This document shows, one piece after another, positions 31,425-40,931 of a DNA stretch of 64,000 bases. The stretch comes from an uncultured cyanobacterium (lineage in GTDB: Bacteria; Cyanobacteriota; Cyanobacteriia; PCC-9006; JAAUQQ01): NCBI GenBank assembly GCA_963718615.1, contig OY970368.1:384001-448000 (forward strand), written 5' to 3'. Position 1 is the first letter of the stretch. Each line of letters begins with the position of its first letter. A model generated the notes under the pieces. It was not told where the DNA came from and searched no databases. It worked only from the letters and a program-made list of their open reading frames with translations. Both the position numbers and the translations under genes were made by a program.

Positions 31425-31572
31425 TGATCGAGTGAGTTGTGAAAATAGCGATCCTGTACTATACAAGATTTCACAGTTTGAGGCTCTAAAACAGGAACAC
31501 TGCAAGCTTAGAGAGGAGAATGAGGGTCTGAGGCGAGAGACTGAGGGGATGCCCAAACTGGGGAATTAAGCC

Positions 31573-31660
31573 GTCCAACGACCCCGTTCACCCGCCGCTG
31601 GCAATCTTTCGGACTCACCAACCAACTTGATTCGGTCGGTGTGCAACGGGATTGTTATAC
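31573..31660 (-). other. attC-like recombination site (attC-A, 88 bp)
   Basis: Minus strand: GTATAAC (R'') AAT CCCGTTGCAC ... GTGAACGGG GTC GTTGGAC (R'). The arms pair with one unpaired G; starts 11 bp after the stop of 31672-32547. Confidence 0.85.
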
Positions 31661-31671
31661 TGCGACCGCGA

Positions 31672-32547
31672 TCAGAATGGCTTGGAACGCCGTAAAAAAT
31701 TCTCTGCGAAAACTTCCGGTTGCCCTACTAACTCGCTATCGGGATCTTGGTTACGAAAGAGTAGCCCAATACCGAAGTCTTCATTTCCAAATTTTCGTTG
31801 CAGATACCTCCAATTTTCAATAAGGTAGCGCGAACTTCCAAGCGTTGCACTTGAACCAAGTCCGGCGCAAATAAAGACGCTGATCTTCTTGTCTACATCA
31901 TAAAATCTATGAATGAATGCAGGTTCTACACGCTGGTCACGACCTTCCCCGGTAATTGAATCTGCTAAACCATCTTGGCGAACACCCATCACTCGTTGAC
32001 CTTTATTGTCTTTAGTATGATAAAAATAAAAGCGATAAATTTCATCATACTTTGGAAAATAATCGTTTAAATAATAGTGCGATAAGCTGTTATATATGCC
32101 AGTACCTAAGATGATCAGGTTGCTACTGAATGCTGAGTTTCTGTTGCTAACAATTTGTTTTGTTGGGCTAATTCTAATAGGAGCATCAATGGCTCTTAGC
32201 TCTAAATTTTCTTGACCCAACCAGTCCTGTAGCTTTTTAGAAAACAGAGCAAGTGGTTTATCTTTCAGTTCATGCTGTATAAGTAGCGCACCATCATACT
32301 CTAGTTTAGTAATGGCAGAGCCAACATAACCCTTGTCAATCTTTTCAATGCCTGATGTACCTCCAGGTTGAATATTCAAATTAGAAACGTAGATGCAAAC
32401 ATTTGGATTAGAACTGGTGATTCCGAAGAAGCGTAAAATTCTATTTCTATTTCTCAAATATAAAAAGGCGTAGACAATAAAGCCTATTAATGCAAAGATC
32501 AAGGCTGCAATTAGATTTGCTACGACATTAATTAATATTTCGTTCAT
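31672..32547 (-). CDS. Hypothetical protein, N-terminal TM helix plus alpha/beta domain (cassette gene)
   Basis: 291 aa, AT-rich; motifs 'NLIILGTGIYN' and 'VFICAGLGSSATLG'; family not recognised. Confidence 0.75.
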   Translation of the reverse strand: MNEILINVVANLIAALIFALIGFIVYAFLYLRNRNRILRFFGITSSNPNVCIYVSNLNIQPGGTSGIEKIDKGYVGSAITKLEYDGALLIQHELKDKPLALFSKKLQDWLGQENLELRAIDAPIRISPTKQIVSNRNSAFSSNLIILGTGIYNSLSHYYLNDYFPKYDEIYRFYFYHTKDNKGQRVMGVRQDGLADSITGEGRDQRVEPAFIHRFYDVDKKISVFICAGLGSSATLGSSRYLIENWRYLQRKFGNEDFGIGLLFRNQDPDSELVGQPEVFAENFLRRSKPF

Positions 32548-32595
32548 ACAGCTACTTCACATCATTTTTATTTAAGTCGTTTTACTCATCTAGCT

Positions 32596-33387
32596 TTACG
32601 TTGAGCCAAGACAAGATTGTTGCCATTTGTATAGGAAATTAATTAGCTCTTCAGGTGGTTTTATCCACATATCTGCATGAGTCAAACGTAACTGTTCACG
32701 CACTAAGACATTTAACCCTCTTTGACTAAGAACTTTGAACGCATCTTCATCGGTATAGTCATCTCCCAAATAAGCAATTGGAACATTCTCTTCTAAATCC
32801 TTGATAATAGAATTTACTGCTGTCCCTTTATCTTTTCCATTTACGCGAATTTCTATTCCACCATCAAAATCATGAACTTTTAGGTTTGATGACTTTTCTA
32901 AATCTTGCCAATAATTTAAAACTTGCGCCTGAATAGAATCAGCTATATCTGATGACAGACCTCGCCAATGAAGAGCTAAGCTGACAGGTTTCTGCTCACA
33001 ATATTTTGTGAGTTTTAGCGATTTAATATGCTCTTTGGCTTGGGAAAGTGCTTGTCTTGTATGCTCATCAAGAGAAGCAATTACATAATTTCCATCAGCA
33101 AGATGTTCCCATCCATGAGATCCCCAAATCTCTGGCAGGGGATCTATATGAAGCAAGGGAACCAAATCTTGTACTGCCCGCCCGCTGATAATTACAACTC
33201 GCGATAGCTGATTGCGACAAATTTCACCTAACAACTCAGGAACACCCGTATATGGAAATGCTTGATCTCGCTCTACACGAAAAGGGGCAAGCGTACCATC
33301 GTAATCCAGCAATAAGAGGCGTCTCCTTGCCGTTGTGACTTTTCTAAAAAATGCCTCTATATCAAGACCTTTCGATAGGATCTCCAT
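32596..33387 (-). CDS. otsB: Trehalose-6-phosphate phosphatase-like HAD hydrolase (cassette gene)
   Basis: 'LLLDYDGTLAP', 'ISGR', 'GSHGWE', 'DKGTAV', 'YLGDDYTDEDAF'. Confidence 0.85.
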   Translation of the reverse strand: MEILSKGLDIEAFFRKVTTARRRLLLLDYDGTLAPFRVERDQAFPYTGVPELLGEICRNQLSRVVIISGRAVQDLVPLLHIDPLPEIWGSHGWEHLADGNYVIASLDEHTRQALSQAKEHIKSLKLTKYCEQKPVSLALHWRGLSSDIADSIQAQVLNYWQDLEKSSNLKVHDFDGGIEIRVNGKDKGTAVNSIIKDLEENVPIAYLGDDYTDEDAFKVLSQRGLNVLVREQLRLTHADMWIKPPEELINFLYKWQQSCLGST

Positions 33388-33512
33388 CCATTTACGCCTT
33401 GCTTTAGATAACTTAGTTTTTCTCTTGTGAAATCTAACAGATTTTTGATGGGGTGGCTACAGCATTACAGATGGCTTCTCAGTTAAGCCTTAGCTGACCA
33501 TCAGAGCCGTAT

Positions 33513-33813
33513 AACAACTTATTCTCATGCACAATGCCTGATAACTCCCCCCTGCCGGTATTTTCAAGCGCCAACGCCGTATAATCCCCAGTCTCAGCCA
33601 GTTATCCAGGCAATCATGCTGGATAACACCCCCTGTTGGGTATTATCAGGCAAAGCTGCATGATAACAACCCGTTTCCAGGTATTATCCCAGCAGCGACG
33701 CCCGATAACACCCCTGTTCAGGTATTATCAGGCATGTCTCAGTATAATATTATTCTCTTCAACCCAGCGTAGAAAATGACAAAATCTTCACCAACAGCTC
33801 AGCACTCTAGACC
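33513..33813 (-). repeat. 301-bp attI-like platform, copy A
   Basis: Colinear with 43904-44204 (offset 10391 at both ends). Homology stops at minus-strand ...GAGAATAAGTTGTT|ATAC; contains ~41-bp periodic GATAAC...TATTATC units. Confidence 0.8.
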
Positions 33814-33921
33814 AGACCTCTTGCATGAATGCTAAACGACATTTTGGTCGAGTTCCAAGTTGTATAGGGAAGCAATCAGGTTGAAGCGCAAACCAAACCG
33901 CTTGCGACGATTGCGATAGCG
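33814..33921 (-). mobile_element. 3' end of IS702-like (IS5/ISL2 group) element
   Basis: Terminal IR agacctcttgcatgaat (33814-33830); transposase C-terminus RYRNRRKRFGLRFNLIASLYNLEL (33921-33832). Confidence 0.85.
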
Positions 33922-34080
33922 CTAAGAAACTGGTGAAATTGATGCTGGAAGAGAGTTTTAGCCATCCTTACCTTTGGAGCACTACCAAATAGCGAAAAAT
34001 GCTTGAAACCCTTATTTGGGGGCACGTATAAAGAATCTGGCGATCCTTATTTCAGTGGCATTGAGCTTTAGTTTATTTCG

Positions 34081-34800
34081 CTACAGCAAATTCGCGGGGG
34101 GATTTTCAGGCACAACCCAGTAGTAGATCGTTCTGCCATCTATTTCTACGGTCTGATCGGGCTTCCACTCTCCCATATCAAACGCATGAGAAACAATGCG
34201 TGTACCTGGTTTTAATTCGCGCAGGAGTTTGGGACGCAGCTTCACGTTGAGTTCTGGCAACAAGTACAGTGTAACAACAGTGGCATCGCTGAAGTCAGCC
34301 TGAAACAAATCTTGCTGACGGAACTCAACAAGGTCACTCACACCAGCTGTTTGAGCCTTCTCATTCGCCTCTCGAATGCGTTCGGGGCTAATATCAATCC
34401 CAATTCCGCGTGCGCCGCGCTGTTGAGCTGCTGTAATCACAATTCGCCCATCGCCGCTCCCCAAATCGTAAACCAGATCATTAGATTGCACATTTACCAA
34501 CCGTAGCATTTCATTCACAACCGTCATGGGCGTTGGAACGTATATCACATCAGGTTTGCGGGTGGGAGATTCTGTTGTGGGGGTAGGAACGACTTGAGCC
34601 TGATCGGAAGAAGGAGCAGTTTGGACGTTAGCATCTGGACCTTGGGCCTCTGCTTCAAAGTTACGGAGTTGGGTACAGCCAACTCCCGCAAGACTAAAAA
34701 CGCCAATTCCCGCAAGACTAAGAGCGCTAATGCCAACCCGTAGCGATCGCAGCGTGGATTGAAGCACAGTGGATTTGAACAGCGTAGATTGAAGTTTCAT
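34081..34800 (-). CDS. Class I SAM-dependent methyltransferase with signal/lipoprotein-like N-terminus
   Basis: 'PDVIYVPTP', 'YDLGSGDGRIV', 'ATVVTLYLLPELN', 'PGTRIVSH'. Confidence 0.9.
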   Translation of the reverse strand: MKLQSTLFKSTVLQSTLRSLRVGISALSLAGIGVFSLAGVGCTQLRNFEAEAQGPDANVQTAPSSDQAQVVPTPTTESPTRKPDVIYVPTPMTVVNEMLRLVNVQSNDLVYDLGSGDGRIVITAAQQRGARGIGIDISPERIREANEKAQTAGVSDLVEFRQQDLFQADFSDATVVTLYLLPELNVKLRPKLLRELKPGTRIVSHAFDMGEWKPDQTVEIDGRTIYYWVVPENPPANLL

Positions 34801-34831
34801 GATTTTGATCTCCTAAAAAAAGAGGACTGAA

Positions 34832-36190
34832 TTATTCGGTACGACGGATAAAGGGAAGACCCAGTAATACGACGATGACTCCTGCGATTGCGCCGATGCC
34901 GGTATAAACCAGACTAGAGTAGAGTAAATAACCACAGATGGCGCAGAATAGGGTGGGAACAATCGGATAAAGCGGTACACGAAACGGACGGGAGCGATTA
35001 GGTTCCCGAATTCGAAAAACGATCAATGACAGGGTGCTGAGCAAAAAGAAAAACCAGAAGATGGGGGCAGTATAGTCCACCATTGTCTCGAACCCTTGAC
35101 GGGTCAAACTTCCCAGCCCAAGCAGGGTGAGTGCGATCGCCCCTTGCAACAAATAAGCGGTTGTGGGTGAACTGGGTTTCGGGTGCCATTGTCCTAGCCA
35201 GTGGAATGAAGACACATCCTGCCCCAGAGCAAAGCTAGTGCGGGCACCTGTCAAGAGGGTTGCATTGATTGACCCTAGCGTTGCAATCACAACCAGCCAA
35301 CTCACAAATGCAGCTCCCGGTTCACCCAAAGTCTGCCGCACTAAATCTGCTGCAACCGCTTGGGAGTCCGCCATACCTGCCACACCCAATCCCCGTAGGT
35401 ATGCTAGGTTAATCAACAGATAAATCCCCGTGATGATGCCAATGCTCCAGAGAAGAGATCGCCCGATATTCCGCTGAGGATTTTGGATTTCCGCAGAAAT
35501 GTAAGCCGCTTCATTCCACCCCCCATAGGACAGCAGCACAAAGACTAAAGCTAAACCCCAGGAGGGCGGAGAGGCAGAAGGAGCATTGGGAGCAACAGAA
35601 GCAGAGGTGGAAAAGCCAAGCCCCAAGAGGATAACCAGCAGTAATCCTAACAGGAGAAACACGGCTAACCAGTTCTGAAGTCCTTTGCTTTGGCGCAGTC
35701 CAATGATGTTAAGCGCAGTCAGCAGCGAGATCGTCCCCGCCGCATAAATGGAAGGCGAGTAGCCCCCTAGCGGCAATAGCTGCGAAGCATAATCGCCAAA
35801 GATAAATGCTAACAGTGCGATCGATCCAGGTTGAATCACAGTCATGCGTGCCCAGGCAAACAGAACTGCGATCGGTTGTCCAAAGGCTCGCTTCAGATAG
35901 TAGTAATTGCCACCGACATGGGGGTAGGCAGTCGCGAGTTCCGCATAGCACAATGCCCCCAACAGGGACACAATACCCCCTATTAGCCAGACTCCAATAA
36001 CACCGCCAACCGTTCCAGTATTGGCAGCGACTAGAGCTGGCGTTTCAAAAATACCTGCGCCGATCACCAATCCTACGATTAAGGTGATCGCATCAACCGA
36101 AGTAAGAGAAGGACGTGGAACTGTATTACCAGGTTGATTGCGCTCCAGTAGTGCAGAGTTTTCTAATCTAGTCACAGTTCTCCTTATCAA
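34832..36190 (-). CDS. APC family amino-acid permease
   Basis: 'IGAGIF', 'GALCYAELA', 'SYGGWNE', 'RPFRVPLYP'; many TM helices. Confidence 0.92.
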   Translation of the reverse strand: MIRRTVTRLENSALLERNQPGNTVPRPSLTSVDAITLIVGLVIGAGIFETPALVAANTGTVGGVIGVWLIGGIVSLLGALCYAELATAYPHVGGNYYYLKRAFGQPIAVLFAWARMTVIQPGSIALLAFIFGDYASQLLPLGGYSPSIYAAGTISLLTALNIIGLRQSKGLQNWLAVFLLLGLLLVILLGLGFSTSASVAPNAPSASPPSWGLALVFVLLSYGGWNEAAYISAEIQNPQRNIGRSLLWSIGIITGIYLLINLAYLRGLGVAGMADSQAVAADLVRQTLGEPGAAFVSWLVVIATLGSINATLLTGARTSFALGQDVSSFHWLGQWHPKPSSPTTAYLLQGAIALTLLGLGSLTRQGFETMVDYTAPIFWFFFLLSTLSLIVFRIREPNRSRPFRVPLYPIVPTLFCAICGYLLYSSLVYTGIGAIAGVIVVLLGLPFIRRTE

Positions 36191-36619
36191 TGACTAAAAG
36201 TTATGTCCAATGCCCAGCCGTAAGCCAACTTATGGTTTCCCCAAAAATCCAACATTGACCCCCGCATTGGCTGTGGGCTGAACCGTTAGAGGAACATGGA
36301 CACCGCCTTTCACCAATACGTACACAGTGCTTCTCTGCCAGTCGAAATGAAGGTTTCCCCGCCAGCGCAAGGCGTTAGGCTGATCCACTCATTGGCATTC
36401 AGACATTGGGATGACAGACTCAGACATCAAAGGCTTAATTTGCAAACTAATGCCTGAAGCATCAGCCATACCGAGTGCAGCCGATTGCCTGCTAAGTAAC
36501 GAGCAACATTTCTGCTAGACCCGAAATAACAAAGAATCGCTTGAAGCGTAGAGCATTCATCACAAAAATTTGTCAATGACAATAGCAAGATTTAAGTCTT
36601 ACTCTTATGGTCAACAATA

Positions 36620-36641
36620 AATGTGACTTAAAAGTGACAGG
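36620..36641 (-). promoter_or_regulatory. OmpR/PhoB-type direct-repeat box (putative)
   Basis: Minus strand CTGTCAC-tttt-AAGTCAC with 11-bp period, upstream of the permease-methyltransferase unit. Confidence 0.4.
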
Positions 36642-36694
36642 ATTTAGGGATGAAGCATGATTTTGAACTTTTCTCAAATTCAAACCACAGTTCA

Positions 36695-37611
36695 GAGGAT
36701 ATTTGGAAAGTAAGAAAAAGCTCATGCAAGTCTACGTAGCATAAGTCTGATCATGGCAATGTGTATGAAAGCCTCAGAGGATTCGGACAAGCATTCATAA
36801 TCGACGTTGAGCCGACGACACCAACAAAGCCAGCCATAGGTTCGTTCGACCATCCAGCGCTTTGGCAGCAGCACAAAACCCTTGGCATGATCGGGACGAA
36901 GCACCCCTTCTAAAATCCAGCAAAAGTTATCGATAACCCAGCAGAGACAGTCTTTGCCTGAGAATCCACCATCGACTCAAATTCTAGCTAACCGTGGAAC
37001 GCGTTCTCTTTCGTCATCAAGCTTATGGAGCAATTGCTTGGCCCCTTCTCGCTCTGGAACATTGGCAGCGACCCCGTGGACCATAATCAATAATCCTAGG
37101 GTGTCGACGAGGGTAAAGCGCTTGCGTCCTTTGGTTTTCTTGCCTGCGTCATAGCCTACCTGATGGCGAACCATCACGGCAGTGGGAACAGTTTGAGAAT
37201 CCAGACTGCCAGCACTGGGACTGGGGTGTCGGTCTTGGTCAACGCGGCGGCACCAAGTAACGAGCTTGTCATGCACCCGTTTCCAAGTGCCATCATCGCG
37301 CCACTGACTGAAGGAGTAGTAGACAGTGGAATAGGGAGGATAGTCCTTGGGCAACAATCGCTAAGCACAACCACTGACCAGAATATAGAGGATGCCTTGT
37401 ATGACCCACTTCAGGTTGACTTGCCTGGGACGTCCCCCTGGCTTACTCGCCGCAAGCAGGCTCAATAGCAGCTCCCACTGGTCAGAGGTCAGTTCACTAG
37501 AGTAGGCTGCTGTCATGGCTTTTCGGGGGGGTGAGGTTGGGTTATTTCAACCTAATACCCAAGAAGCTTTTCTTCTACACTGGTGCTCAACGCTACTTTC
37601 TAAATATCCTC
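36695..37611 (-). mobile_element. IS5 family (IS1031 group) insertion sequence, 917 bp
   Basis: IRs gaggatatttggaaagta / tactttctaaatatcctc (17/18 match), flanked by a TCA target duplication. Confidence 0.92.
36722..37516 (-). pseudogene. IS5 transposase pseudogene
   Basis: Single frame from MTAAYSSELTSDQW to RRLA with two in-frame stops at usual Trp positions (GCA*R, RI*VDGG); DSQTV, GYDAGKK and KRWMVERT motifs. Confidence 0.9.
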
Positions 37612-37631
37612 TCAAGCTACAGTGATTCAAC

Positions 37632-38909
37632 TTACAGACGGTGTTCCACCGACAGTTGTAAGGAAAATTCAATTTGAAACAGTGAACCCTTTCCAACTTG
37701 GCTGCTCACCGTTAACCGTCCACCATGCGCTTCCACAATTTGCTGCGCGATCGCCAATCCCAGTCCAGCACCACCTTTCTCTCGTGTTCGTTCCTCATCA
37801 ACCCGGTAAAATCGATCAAAAATACGCAATAAATCTAGTTCTGAAATACCAACTCCCGTATCTTCTACCTGAATTAAAATGCAATGATATTGATTCACTA
37901 GCCGTAACCATACCGCTCCATTAGGTAAGGTATATTTACAAGCATTGATCAATAGATTGGTGATAGCTTGTTTTAGCAACTCAGGGTTGCCTTGGATAAT
38001 ACTATTCTCTTTAGGCAGTTCTAAATGAATGATTAGATGTTGGGCAGCAAATTGTATCGCTGAAGTGATGATCGTCTCTTCCAATAAGTTATTTAAGTTA
38101 ATTAATTGAACCGAGTTTGAGTCTAACTGCCCTGGCTGTCGTGCCAAAAATAGGAGATCGGTCACGAGCCGATTCATTAGCTTGGTCGCTTCAGCAATCT
38201 TTTCTAACCGAGTGTGTTTAGGCTTACCTGCATCAACTGGACTTAGTAAGCCAACTTGAGCATTACTGAGAATTGTGGCAAGGGGTGCTCTTAGTTCATG
38301 GGATGCATCAGACGTAAACCGTTCTAGTTGAGCGTAAGCGTCCCGAATCGGATACATCGCCAAACCACTTAGTACCCAACCGGTGAGGCTGATTGCTCCT
38401 AACGTCAGAGGGACTGCCAGCATCATCATGATGAGTAGGTCTCTGAGTGTATCTTGAGCTTCAGTTAGCGGAAGAGCAATCTGAAGGTAGCCTATTGTGC
38501 GTCCGTCGTAGTCAACCGGGAGCGTTAATTGGCGCAGCCATTCGGAATCTGATTGAATCGTTTCAAAAGCCGCGCTCGTCTGAATTTGATCGAGGGGCTG
38601 CACTCCATAAAACTGCCGTATTTTTCCGACCTTTGAGTACCAACGAGCGTAAACAATCTCACTATCTGAGGGAGGAAAATAATTTCCTAAGATCGGAACG
38701 TTACTGAGATCAAGGTGTTCTTTTCCCTGCTGCCGCTGGTAGCTGATATTAGCTGCCATGATTCTTGCTTTTTTGTAGAGTAGGCGATCAATCTCTTCCA
38801 GACGCTCGATTGATCGCTGGTAATAAAAAATGCTGGCAAACAAAATTAAAATGCTACCCATCGATAGCGTAAACCAATGGGCAAGATTACGGCGACTACG
38901 ATTGAACAT
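37632..38909 (-). CDS. Sensor histidine kinase (RppB/NrsS-like)
   Basis: Two TM helices; 'DASHELRAP' H-box; N, G1 (DTGVG) and G2 (GAGLGL) boxes. Confidence 0.93.
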   Translation of the reverse strand: MFNRSRRNLAHWFTLSMGSILILFASIFYYQRSIERLEEIDRLLYKKARIMAANISYQRQQGKEHLDLSNVPILGNYFPPSDSEIVYARWYSKVGKIRQFYGVQPLDQIQTSAAFETIQSDSEWLRQLTLPVDYDGRTIGYLQIALPLTEAQDTLRDLLIMMMLAVPLTLGAISLTGWVLSGLAMYPIRDAYAQLERFTSDASHELRAPLATILSNAQVGLLSPVDAGKPKHTRLEKIAEATKLMNRLVTDLLFLARQPGQLDSNSVQLINLNNLLEETIITSAIQFAAQHLIIHLELPKENSIIQGNPELLKQAITNLLINACKYTLPNGAVWLRLVNQYHCILIQVEDTGVGISELDLLRIFDRFYRVDEERTREKGGAGLGLAIAQQIVEAHGGRLTVSSQVGKGSLFQIEFSLQLSVEHRL

Positions 38910-39576
38910 TTGGATTTAATCGATAACCCATGCCATATATTGTTTCCAGCCAATCAACAGCGCCTATGGCCCGCAATCGTTGTCGCAGCCGATACACTAA
39001 TGCAGTAATAGCATTACTCTCTGGCTCGCTGCCCCATTCCCACAAGGCTTGTTCAATCTGGTCGCGGGAAAGTACCTGCCGAGGATGACGCATGAGATAC
39101 TCTAGAAACTGAAATTCGCGAGTAGACAGTTGAAGACTCTGCTCACCCCGTTCTACTGTCAATGTCGATAAGTGCAGGGTTAGATCTTCAATGTGCAGCA
39201 TATCCCCTTCCCAGAGAGGTGATCGTCGTCCTAATGCCCGCACCCGTGCCAGCAATTCAAACACATCAGCAGGTTTGACGAGATAATCATCTGCTCCAGC
39301 ATCCAAACCGCTAATTTTGTCTGGAGTGGCATCTTTTGCGGTCAGCAGTAGCACTGGAGAAGTTTTTCCTAGTTGGCGATAGTGTTGACATAGGCTAAAG
39401 CCACTGACGTGAGGTAATAACCAATCTAGAATTAATAGATCGTACTCCCGCTTCGATAAGATCCACTGAGCGATCTCACCATCCTCCACACCATCCACAA
39501 TATGCCCTGCTTGAGAGAGGGCAGCCTGAAGCGGCTCCAGTTGACTCGCATCATCTTCTACTAGCAGGATTCGCAT
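38896..39576 (-). CDS. OmpR family response regulator (RppA-like)
   Basis: 'MRILLVEDD', 'LDWLLP', 'GADDYLVKP', winged helix 'ETIYGMGYR'; overlaps the kinase start. Confidence 0.95.
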   Translation of the reverse strand: MRILLVEDDASQLEPLQAALSQAGHIVDGVEDGEIAQWILSKREYDLLILDWLLPHVSGFSLCQHYRQLGKTSPVLLLTAKDATPDKISGLDAGADDYLVKPADVFELLARVRALGRRSPLWEGDMLHIEDLTLHLSTLTVERGEQSLQLSTREFQFLEYLMRHPRQVLSRDQIEQALWEWGSEPESNAITALVYRLRQRLRAIGAVDWLETIYGMGYRLNPNVQS

Positions 39577-39723
39577 TAGTCCAACTATAGTTCTGCACAA
39601 TGCATCATAGATGAAACGATTGAAGGGCAGCGTCCCCCAGAGGTGCGATTTAACTTACTGTATTGCTGAATAAAATTTATTTATTCAGTTTCCACCTCAC
39701 TCCTCCGATTCTCTTAAAATCCC

Positions 39724-40113
39724 ATGTTTGTTCCGCGCATACTACGGCTTCTCCATTGCACTGGCTGGGAATTCTGGCTGCCTCTGCCCTTTATTTCGGC
39801 ATTATTTTGGTTTACAGGTAACTTTGCAGTTGCAGAGATACTAAACCGCTCTTATGGATCTGTCATCAAACTCCAGGCAGATATGCAAATGGATGTAAGG
39901 CCTTCCCGGACAATCCTATCTATGAATGCAGAAATTGATCGCAGCCGAGGTGTGAGCACGATTTTTGTCAGAATCACCGATTTAACGTTGGGGGAATTAA
40001 AATATGAGTTCCCAGTTACCCAAGCTAGTGAAATAGAGACAGCGATCGCTCAGAAACTAGAACTATCTACTGAAAACATCCGCAAGCTGCTCAGGTATCG
40101 ACTTGTAGACTGA
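39724..40113 (+). CDS. Hypothetical cyanobacterial protein with N-terminal TM
   Basis: 'EFWLPLP...FW' N-terminal segment; divergent from the two-component pair. Confidence 0.6.
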   Translation: MFVPRILRLLHCTGWEFWLPLPFISALFWFTGNFAVAEILNRSYGSVIKLQADMQMDVRPSRTILSMNAEIDRSRGVSTIFVRITDLTLGELKYEFPVTQASEIETAIAQKLELSTENIRKLLRYRLVD

Positions 40114-40260
40114 GTGGACTCAGTAAACGCATTCGGAACGGGCTAAGGTCGTTTCAGCCCATCAATGCCCAGTCTGTTCAGTCGTGGGGCGCATTTCGGT
40201 TTCGGTTTTGTGACACCGTGGGCATTCTCGACCCCCTGATATCAAATGTCAATTACTTTG

Positions 40261-40931
40261 AGTTCTTGGCAGCTTTGGGTGATCCTTTATAGAAAGCACA
40301 GTTGCATTTCCCCTCTAGCTCAACTGGAGAACAAGAAGCGTTTGCTCAACAAATCTAGACCAGCTCGACCATACATTTGTCGTTTGAGCATTTTTAACTG
40401 ATTGACCAGTCCTTCCACTGGCCCATTGCTCGTTTCCAAAGTCATGCTTGCTTTGACGGCTTCATAGTCCTCAAATAGCCTCTCGGCAAACCTTTGAAGC
40501 AGGTGTGCATCTTCTGGGTATCGATTTTCTTCCTTTTGCATGGTCAGATAGGTTACGCGTCGTGGGGTCAGTGGTGGATTTTGAGGGTCAATGACGTTCG
40601 GTAGCCCTTCAGTGGAAACTGAGCGCCTTGAACCAAGACTTTGAGCTTGGCGGATTCGAGGCAGGTAGCGTGTTAATGTTCGAGCACCTCCTGAATATCC
40701 CTTCTGTTAGAGGAGCTTCAATAACACTTGAGGACGGGTGATTCCGTCGTTCCACAATTGCAGCAAATAGTCTTTATAGGGATTGAGAAGGCTCAATCCG
40801 AAGGTATTCCGCCTTTTAGGTTCCGGTGTCTGAGGTTTTTGCGGATAACGTTGAACACTTTTTATACTCACTCCGACCCGTTGAGCAATCTCAGTGAGTG
40901 GTAAGTTTTGCTGATGCAGCTTCCAGATCTG
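40261..40931 (-). mobile_element. ISL3 family transposase remnant (3' part, internally deleted)
   Basis: 'SNGPVEGLVNQLKMLKRQMYGRAGLDLL'; upstream 'EIAQRVGVSIKSVQRY' and 'LLNPYKDYLLQLWNDG' with a stop; terminal gttcttggcagctttgggtga. Confidence 0.85.

Noticed and set aside
33540-33748. CRISPR array interpretation of the 41-bp periodic repeats
   Set aside because: Units are short and degenerate, intervening sequences resemble each other and are shared between both copies, and there are no cas genes.
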